A stretch of 32,000 nucleotides of DNA, from assembly GCA_003569705.1 (NCBI GenBank), contig BGOU01000010.1, forward strand, positions 173,694 through 205,693, read 5' to 3'. The DNA comes from Nitrosarchaeum sp. (GTDB lineage: Archaea > Thermoproteota > Nitrososphaeria > Nitrososphaerales > Nitrosopumilaceae). The translations under genes and the position numbers were made by a program. Below, one piece after another: positions 26,371 through 32,000 of the stretch. The stretch's first letter is position 1. Each line of letters starts with the position of its first letter. Under the pieces are notes generated by a model. That model made no database searches and had not been told where the DNA came from. It saw only the letters and a list, made by a program, of their open reading frames with translations.

Positions 26371-27086
26371 TGGTAAGCATATCTGGAAGTAAAAAACTCA
26401 AAAGACAAATGGCCCCACAATTTTGGGGAATTGGAAGAAAAGATAAAAGATTTGTAATTACAGTCAGACCAGGGCCACATAAAAAAGAGTATTCTATACC
26501 AACTGCGATATTTCTCAGAGATATACTAAAAATTGTGACTACATTAAGAGAAGCAAAAGCCACAATCTATACAGGTAAAGTCAAAATTGATGGAGTTGTT
26601 AGAAAATCACTCCACCATGCAATTGGATTGATGGATGTTGTAGAGTTAGAAAATGTTCCAGAAATATATCGTCTAGTTCCGATGGAAGGAAAATTATTAA
26701 AACCATTACAAATTAAAGAATCAGAGAAAGCAAAAAAATTAGTCCGAGTTACAAGTAAAACAACTATCAGTAAAGGCAAAATGCAAATAGGATTTCACGA
26801 TGGTCGTTCAACAATATCAGATACTAAAGTAAACGTTGGTGATACATGTTTAATACAAATACCAGATCAAAAAATTCTCGAAGTCATAAAATTAGAAAAG
26901 GATTCACAAGTTTTGGTAACTCGTGGAGTTAACTCAGGGCAAATAGGTAAAATTGAATCAATAGAAGAAGGAACTTTCATCTTACCTAGACGCGCAGTGT
27001 TAATTTTAGGAGAAAGAAAAATTGAAATTCCAACAGACATTATAATGGTAATAGGAAAAAAGGAACCTGTAATTCAAATAAAGTGA
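26370..27086 (+). CDS. rps4e: Ribosomal protein eS4
   Basis: GSKKLKRQMAPQFWGIGRKDKRFVITVRPGPH. 238 aa, in the conserved position. Confidence 0.93.
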   Translation: MVSISGSKKLKRQMAPQFWGIGRKDKRFVITVRPGPHKKEYSIPTAIFLRDILKIVTTLREAKATIYTGKVKIDGVVRKSLHHAIGLMDVVELENVPEIYRLVPMEGKLLKPLQIKESEKAKKLVRVTSKTTISKGKMQIGFHDGRSTISDTKVNVGDTCLIQIPDQKILEVIKLEKDSQVLVTRGVNSGQIGKIESIEEGTFILPRRAVLILGERKIEIPTDIIMVIGKKEPVIQIK

Positions 27087-27090
27087 TCAT

Positions 27091-27612
27091 ATGTCCCAAA
27101 TAACACAAACTCCAATGAAAAAAATATCTTTAGAAAAAGTTGTCCTAAATATGGGACTAGGAAAATCTGGAGATATAATACTAGTAGCAAAAAAAGCACT
27201 AGATCATATTTCGGGTAAAAAATCATCAGCACGTAATGCAAAAGAAACACAAAGAGAGTGGGGAGTAAGACAAGGAGAACCAATAGGAGTTGCAGTTACA
27301 ATAAGAGGAAAAGATGCACGTGAATTACTTAAACGATTACTTGAATCAAAGGGACATCAGCTCAACGGAAAATCTTTTGACAATTTTGGAAATTTTTCAT
27401 TTGGAATTAAAGAACACATCGACATTCCAGGTGTAAAGTACGATCCACAAGTTGGAATCTTAGGTCTTGGAATTTCAGTAGCACTAACTAGACCGGGATA
27501 TGGAATTAGAAAAAGAAGTAAACATAAAGCAAGTGTTGGAAAAGCACATGTAATAAAAAATGATGAAGCAAAGGATTATCTAGTTAAGGAGTTTGGAGTG
27601 ACGATAGTATAA
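27091..27612 (+). CDS. rpl5: Ribosomal protein uL5
   Basis: KVVLNMGLG...GEPIGVAVTIRG... in the conserved position. Confidence 0.93.
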   Translation: MSQITQTPMKKISLEKVVLNMGLGKSGDIILVAKKALDHISGKKSSARNAKETQREWGVRQGEPIGVAVTIRGKDARELLKRLLESKGHQLNGKSFDNFGNFSFGIKEHIDIPGVKYDPQVGILGLGISVALTRPGYGIRKRSKHKASVGKAHVIKNDEAKDYLVKEFGVTIV

Positions 27613-27791
27613 TGGCAAAAGATAGATCATACGAAGCTACAGGAAGAAAGAAACATGATTTTGGTAGAGGTTCTAAATGGTGTAAACGATGCGGGGACTA
27701 TACAGCTGTAATTCAAAAATATGATCTGATGCTTTGTAGACGATGTTTCAGAGAAGTAGCAACATCTTTAGGGTTTAGGAAAAATATGTGA
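27612..27791 (+). CDS. rps14: Ribosomal protein uS14 (zinc-binding type, 59 aa)
   Basis: Not in the ORF track because it is under 60 aa. MAKDRSYEATGRKKHDFGRGSKWCKRCGDYTAVIQKYDLMLCRRCFRE has CxxC...CxxC. The start overlaps the uL5 stop (TAATG). Confidence 0.9.
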   Translation: MAKDRSYEATGRKKHDFGRGSKWCKRCGDYTAVIQKYDLMLCRRCFREVATSLGFRKNM

Positions 27792-28189
27792 TTATAATGC
27801 CAGCACAGAATGTTTTAGCAAATCTATTTGTCACATTATACAATAATGAAGCCAGAAGAAAAAGCGATTGTATTATTCTTCCAACTTCAAAATTAGGCGT
27901 CGAAGTTCTAAAAACACTTCAAAAGGATGGATACATTGGAGAGTTTGAACATATAGATGATAACAGAGGTGGAAAATTCAAAATAAAACTATTAGCAAAA
28001 ATTACAAAATGTGGCGCAATTTCACCAAGATTCAAAGTAAAAAATGACGAGTATAATGATTGGGAACAACAGTATCTTCCAGCATATAACAGAGGAATGC
28101 TACTGGTAACAACAAACAAAGGTGTTATGTCACATCATGAAGCTGTAAACAAAGGATTGGGAGGATTTTTGATAGGATATGTCTACTGA
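27788..28189 (+). CDS. rps8: Ribosomal protein uS8
   Basis: NVLANLFVTLYNNEARRK...LKTLQKDGYIGEFE. The start is GTG at 27788 (GTGA overlap with uS14) or ATG at 27797. Confidence 0.92.
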   Translation: MIIMPAQNVLANLFVTLYNNEARRKSDCIILPTSKLGVEVLKTLQKDGYIGEFEHIDDNRGGKFKIKLLAKITKCGAISPRFKVKNDEYNDWEQQYLPAYNRGMLLVTTNKGVMSHHEAVNKGLGGFLIGYVY

Positions 28190-28736
28190 GCAAATCGAAA
28201 AATTCCAAGAGATAGTAGAAATTCCTAAAGGAGTCAATGTCACATTAAAGAAACACATGTTGCATTTTCAAGGCCCACTAGGTAAAACATACAAAAATTT
28301 CAGAAAAATACCAGTAAACATTGAAATCAAAGATGGAAAGATAATAATCAAATCACAAGGATATAGAAAAAGAGATTATTCAATATTACATACTGCAAGA
28401 TCAATTATCAGAAATATTTGTGAAGGTCTAGTTATAGGATATACAATTAAAATGAAAATAGTATATGCACACTTTCCAATTACTGTTAAGGTTCAAGACA
28501 AAATTGTTTTAATTGAAAATTTTCAGGGCGAAAGATCAGCAAGAACTACAAGAATCATGGGAAACACCAAAGTAATTCCAAAAGGTGAAGATGTAATTTT
28601 AACAGGAGAAGTGTGGAATGACATCACACAAACTGCAGCAAATATAGAATTACACAGCAAAGTAAAAGATAAAGATCACAGAGTTTTCTTAGACGGGGTA
28701 TATGTCTATGAAAAGAAAAAAGGAATAGACAAATAA
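28179..28736 (+). CDS. rpl6: Ribosomal protein uL6
   Basis: IPKGVNVTLKKHMLHFQGPLG... with a two-domain L6 layout. It is the last r-protein gene of the cluster in this window. Confidence 0.92.
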   Translation: MSTEQIEKFQEIVEIPKGVNVTLKKHMLHFQGPLGKTYKNFRKIPVNIEIKDGKIIIKSQGYRKRDYSILHTARSIIRNICEGLVIGYTIKMKIVYAHFPITVKVQDKIVLIENFQGERSARTTRIMGNTKVIPKGEDVILTGEVWNDITQTAANIELHSKVKDKDHRVFLDGVYVYEKKKGIDK

Positions 28737-28762
28737 TATTTTTTAATTTTTGATCATCTCAT

Positions 28763-29050
28763 ATGACCCTTGATCCTGAATTTTCAAAACAAACATTATC
28801 CCTTATTGAACAGACACTGGAATTATACAAGAGTGTTGGCGCATCACCCAGAGTAGGCCAATTATGGGATTGTCAAAATGTTGGCGATTTTCTTTGTGGT
28901 TTTTTTGTAGGTGAAATGGTCGGTTCTGCTTTAAGTGCATTTCAAATTGTCCATAAACGCGAACCAACTGCAGAAGAACATATGGAAATAGTTGAACTGG
29001 TAGAAAGTCATTCCAAAGAGATCAAAGAGTTTTTTGCTAAATTTAACTAA
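28763..29050 (+). CDS. Hypothetical protein (95 aa)
   Basis: ATG ORF 27 nt after uL6. I recognise no family. A hydrophobic central segment (FLCGFFVGEMVGSALSAF) is flanked by acidic helices. Confidence 0.5.
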   Translation: MTLDPEFSKQTLSLIEQTLELYKSVGASPRVGQLWDCQNVGDFLCGFFVGEMVGSALSAFQIVHKREPTAEEHMEIVELVESHSKEIKEFFAKFN

Positions 29051-29121
29051 CAGCATTCAGAGTTTAGCCTAAATCTAATGGGCGCAAGGATTAAATCGCT
29101 TTTACTAAGGTACAGACTTGT

Positions 29122-29195
29122 GCCTCCCTAGCTCAGCGTGGTAGAGCATCCGACTGTTAATCGGATGGTCACCAGTTCAAGTCTGGTGGGAGGCG
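29122..29195 (+). tRNA. tRNA-Asn (anticodon GTT)
   Basis: Manual cloverleaf. Acceptor GCCTCCC/GGGAGGC. D arm GCTC-AGCGTGGTA-GAGC. Anticodon arm TCCGA-CTGTTAA-TCGGA. Variable loop TGGTC. T arm ACCAG-TTCAAGT-CTGGT. Discriminator G. No encoded CCA and no intron. Confidence 0.93.
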
Positions 29196-29270
29196 CTCTT
29201 TATTTCTAATCTCGAATTTTGCAACATTAGTTTCCAATCATATAGTTCCAAATATGACGTATCTAAAAGA

Positions 29271-29300
29271 AATATTTCTAAATTCGAATTTAGAAATATT
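29271..29300. repeat. Perfect 30-nt palindrome, copy 1 of a shared motif
   Basis: aatatttctaaattc|gaatttagaaatatt is fully self-complementary around a central TTCGAA. It lies 76 nt after tRNA-Asn and 88 nt before ORF 29388. Confidence 0.9.
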
Positions 29301-29387
29301 GATCGATTGAAACAATTTAGTTCATTCTATTAGACAGGATAGATCTAATAGATGATCGCATATTAACAATAATGCAGGGGGTTTACA

Positions 29388-29627
29388 TTGGTCAGAACTA
29401 GAAGGGCCAACAGATATTGTGTGGATTGTGGGTCAAGATTAGTGTATTACCCTAGATTATCTAATCCAAAAGCACCAAATGAACACAGGGTTCTAGTTTA
29501 CGCGTGTCCGGATTGCACAGAAGACTTTGAAAAACCAAAGATGTTTTCAATCAGACGAAATCAAGTAGACGATCCGCTTGAAACCGTTGAAATAGAGATA
29601 ACTCAAAGCCAGAAAAAAACAAATTAA
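29388..29627 (+). CDS. Small zinc-ribbon protein (79 aa)
   Basis: CVDCG...x26...CPDC is a four-Cys ribbon. The N-terminus is basic. The TTG start is preceded by cagggggtttaca. There is no in-frame ATG upstream. Confidence 0.5.
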   Translation: MVRTRRANRYCVDCGSRLVYYPRLSNPKAPNEHRVLVYACPDCTEDFEKPKMFSIRRNQVDDPLETVEIEITQSQKKTN

Positions 29628-29669
29628 AATGAATGAATTTTATGATACATTAGTCAATTAGAAATTAAA

Positions 29670-29894
29670 ATGGATCATGAAAAAACCAGAAGTAATTGGT
29701 GGTATCTTTTACCAATATTGGTAGGATTAATCGGAGGCGTCATAGCGTATTGGGTTTTAAGACACGATGATCCAAAGAAAGCAAAATTATGTTTGTACGT
29801 AGGAATTGCTTTAGCAATCGTTGGAATTGTCATCAATATTGTAATTGTAACCCAGATTCCAGGTTTAGCGCCAGATTTCAATGTAAATGTCTAA
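29670..29894 (+). CDS. Small two-TM membrane protein (74 aa)
   Basis: NWWYLLPILVGLIGGVIAYWVL and LYVGIALAIVGIVINIVIV are two clear hydrophobic helices separated by RHDDPKKAK. The opposite-strand ORF at 29675-29881 is judged to be a shadow ORF. Confidence 0.6.
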   Translation: MDHEKTRSNWWYLLPILVGLIGGVIAYWVLRHDDPKKAKLCLYVGIALAIVGIVINIVIVTQIPGLAPDFNVNV

Positions 29895-29937
29895 AACAAG
29901 GCACAAAGACACATTGCAAACAGGCATAGTTTTAAAT

Positions 29938-29965
29938 TATTTCTTAATTCGAATTTAGAAATATT
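29938..29965. repeat. Copy 2 of the palindromic motif (one mismatch)
   Basis: tatttcttaattcgaatttagaaatatt differs from 29273-29300 at a single position (A to T). It lies 44 nt after ORF 29670-29894 and 67 nt before ORF 30032. Confidence 0.9.
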
Positions 29966-30031
29966 TGAAATTAATAGTGTAACTTACACATGAAATTTAG
30001 AATCATATAGGCCTGAAAAGAATAGTTCAGT

Positions 30032-30481
30032 ATGACTAGCTCCAAAATGAAAGACAATGTAGAAAGATGGCTAATACATGAGAGTCATTCGTTTGAATCA
30101 GTTAAAAACGATGAAAATAGTTTCAATATTCTAGTAAAACATGCAGGTCCATACGGAATTCCCGTTGAAATATTTGAACCAAAATCACAATTAGGAGTCA
30201 TTGTAATAGGCGCCAAAGTAGTAATGAAAAATAACCAAATTGCGAGATATTTGGGATTCAATAAAGAGGAAAAAGCCAAATTTGAGAAAAAAGTGGCCGA
30301 TTTTTGTAATTCAATACAAGCAATCAATAGAGTAATCACAGAAGATGGTAAGCAAAAGGTAGGGGTTTTTGTAGTATTAGATGACAAAGAAAACATAAAC
30401 CAACAAACGGTTTTTGATGCGATTAACAGAGTGTCTGAAATATATGAAAAAACTGAACGTTTTTTGATGAAAACATTCTAA
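30032..30481 (+). CDS. Hypothetical cytosolic protein (149 aa)
   Basis: ATG ORF with a mixed alpha/beta-looking composition. I have only a vague recollection of similar small archaeal proteins (YbjN/DUF2299-like), so no function is assigned. Confidence 0.55.
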   Translation: MTSSKMKDNVERWLIHESHSFESVKNDENSFNILVKHAGPYGIPVEIFEPKSQLGVIVIGAKVVMKNNQIARYLGFNKEEKAKFEKKVADFCNSIQAINRVITEDGKQKVGVFVVLDDKENINQQTVFDAINRVSEIYEKTERFLMKTF

Positions 30482-30706
30482 ATAATTGGTGTGTCAATTA
30501 CATCTGGACTGAGCATTCAGCCATGATACACAGCAGATTTGCAGACAAAATGGTGTCAAGTATCAGGGAATTCAGTCAATAAGCAAGCCTCATCAGCATT
30601 CCAACATGTGATCAAATCCTATAAAAACTGAAAAACACGATTATTTTTGTAAAAACTACACTACCATTTCAGAATGAATAGAAGATGATTTTTTGAAAAT
30701 CAGTCG

Positions 30707-30887
30707 TAAAAGCTAAACCCCCTACTAATTTTCCACCATATAGGCACAATGCCATATTATCAAAACCATTCATTTTTTGGGGGGGTTAACACTTGTGCCT
30801 ACCTAGGAAAGACAACCATAGAACCACCTAGATGTCCCAGCTAAACATGTGTGATGTTTTTCATCTAGGCATAAAAGCTAACCCCCT
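30707..30887 (+). ncRNA. Candidate structured noncoding RNA or regulatory element bounded by a 16/17-nt direct repeat
   Basis: There is no ORF of 60 aa or more on either strand. taaaagctaaaccccct (30707-30723) and taaaagctaaccccct (30872-30887) are direct repeats. Between them are a G7 run and several 7-10 bp complementary segments, and the GC content is locally raised. Strand and boundaries are unknown. Confidence 0.25.
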
Positions 30888-31153
30888 CTAAAATAGAGAA
30901 AAAATGAGTCAGGATAAGACACCAGAGAACAAAATAGACAATTCCAATGGTTTTGAACAATGTAATTTAGTGACTAATAGAAAATGCAAATATCAATGGA
31001 ACCGCAATAATTCCAAAAATTGCTGCAATTTTGAGCAAGTCTTTTTTTTTCTAATGGCTTGAATTTACCCATGCTCATCACTATTTTTGGTTATTTTTAA
31101 TTCATTAGGTAAATTTTCAGAAAATTTAGTGCTAAACGATATTAATTATTAGG

Positions 31154-31720
31154 ATGATTTGCTCAATGTACGCTTCAACTATATACCAAATTTTTCCAGA
31201 TCCTCGCATGGTGCGAATTGGGGTAGTCATTGTGATTGGAATAATTATAATTTCAATGACAGTTACGATGTACGTGTACACCCAATATCAGACAAATTTT
31301 ATCAGCATAAATGCAGGAGAGCCAGTAGTTATTGGACCTGTGGAGTATACAATAACATTTGATGGTATTCATAAAGGAAATGAAAAGATAATCGAAACAA
31401 AATCAGATAACACATTTATCAGAATTAAAATAATTGCAAAAAATATCAGTGAGAAAAAAACTGTGATCTCAGCAAGTCAGTTTTACTTAATTGATGAAAA
31501 ACAACAAAAACATCTACCAGTGTATGGGGGGATTTCTACAGATCTGGTGTATGAAGGTTTTAGGAGTTCTGATCACTGGCTAGAACCAAATAAGCCAGTA
31601 ATAATGACTACACAGTTCGAGGTTTCATATAATGATCTAAACCAATACAATATCATAGTTCGTCCATCAAAACAACAATCATCTGTAGATACAGCAGTAA
31701 TTTGCATTACTAATTGTTGA
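31154..31720 (+). CDS. Membrane-anchored extracytoplasmic protein, DUF4352-like beta-sandwich
   Basis: N-terminal TM helix (VRIGVVIVIGIIIISMTVTMYV). It is followed by the pattern ..FIRIKIIAKNISEKK..ISASQFYLIDEKQQKH.., which recalls DUF4352-type domains. The start is ambiguous (31154, 31169 or 31208). Confidence 0.6.
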   Translation: MICSMYASTIYQIFPDPRMVRIGVVIVIGIIIISMTVTMYVYTQYQTNFISINAGEPVVIGPVEYTITFDGIHKGNEKIIETKSDNTFIRIKIIAKNISEKKTVISASQFYLIDEKQQKHLPVYGGISTDLVYEGFRSSDHWLEPNKPVIMTTQFEVSYNDLNQYNIIVRPSKQQSSVDTAVICITNC

Positions 31721-31811
31721 TCGCAAAAAAATCATTGTCAAATTTTACTAGCGTTGAGGCAATTATGTGTGACTTTAACCATATAACCGCGATGATAAAA
31801 GTAAACTAGGC

Positions 31812-32000
31812 ATGGGAATATCCAAAGCCAGAAGAGCTGAAGCAGCTAAAAAAGCCGCACGTACAAGAAAAAGAAACTTGGCAAAATTAGCAGTGGAAGC
31901 AGCTAAAATGGCAGCAAGACGAAAACGAAGTAGAGCTGCAAAAAGAGCAGCTGCAACTCGCAAGAGATCAACGGTAAAACGAACTGTTGGAAGAAAAACA
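31812..32000 (+). CDS. 3'-truncated, highly basic Ala/Lys/Arg-rich protein
   Basis: ATG at 31812, open to the window edge (63 codons). MGISKARRAEAAKKAARTRKRNLAKLAVEAAKMAARRKRSRAAKRAAATRKRS... The ORF-track entry at 31775-31963 (-) is the Ala/Leu-rich mirror of this frame. Confidence 0.5.
   Translation, partial: MGISKARRAEAAKKAARTRKRNLAKLAVEAAKMAARRKRSRAAKRAAATRKRSTVKRTVGRKT

Noticed and set aside
29122-29965. Possible integrated element at tRNA-Asn
   Set aside because: There is no integrase and no duplication of the tRNA 3' end downstream. The two flanking repeats are palindromes rather than att-like direct repeats of tRNA sequence.
30803-30834. Resemblance to RNase P RNA conserved regions (ctaGGAAAGaCaaCCATAGaacc versus the bacterial GAGGAAAGUCC..CCAUAGG, and CCTAGATG)
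   Set aside because: No complementary P4 3' strand (GGUUGUC-like) or ACAGAA/GGCUUA element occurs at a suitable distance. The locus is far too short for an RNase P RNA. I treat it as a chance similarity, though a covariance-model scan would settle it.
30904-31062. 52-aa Cys-containing + strand ORF, and short - strand frames around the T9 run (31042-31050)
   Set aside because: It is below threshold and has no coupling, motif or conservation evidence. The - strand TM-like frame has only a 23-codon TTG-initiated reading. Neither is reportable as a gene.
31775-31963. 62-aa - strand ORF (AAALFAALLRFRLAAIL...)
   Set aside because: It is the mirror frame of the + strand AKR-rich ORF, which starts with ATG and remains open to the window edge. 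The Ala/Leu composition is the expected antisense artefact.

Overview
This is a visibly AT-rich archaeal chromosomal segment. Its gene content points to an ammonia-oxidising thaumarchaeon of the Nitrosopumilus type; that is an inference from gene content and protein style, not a database match. Most of it is core housekeeping. There is a 16-gene ribosomal-protein operon on the + strand (20959-28736): uL3, uL4, uL23, uS19, uL22, uS3, uL29, RNase P Rpp29, uS17, uL14, uL24, eS4, uL5, uS14, uS8, uL6. A tfb-tbp tandem sits on the - strand. Also present are proteasome alpha, a CdvB/ESCRT-III-like gene, HMG-CoA synthase, tRNA-Asn(GTT), and four biotin genes (bioD, bioA, bioB, bioF) dispersed over 10 kb. 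There are two two-component signalling loci. Three short accessory-like stretches (5.4-7.3 kb, 11.4-13.6 kb, 28.8-31.8 kb) hold small Cys-rich and membrane ORFs, perfect tandem repeats, palindromes and one candidate structured RNA. I found no CRISPR array, transposase, integrase or recognisable defence system. The points most worth a second look are: (1) a frameshift in bioA at an A6 run; (2) a roughly 180-nt noncoding locus bounded by a 16/17-nt direct repeat, with C5/G7 motifs able to form mutually exclusive helices, one of which is exactly complementary to the start region of a nearby small ORF; (3) two perfect tandem repeats of 42 nt and 114 nt flanking a TrmB-like regulator that has no canonical start codon covering its HTH; (4) chains of small ORFs coupled by ATGA overlaps; (5) the absence of uL2 from its canonical slot in the operon. 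Everything here comes from reading the sequence and recalling protein families. No searches or folding calculations were run.
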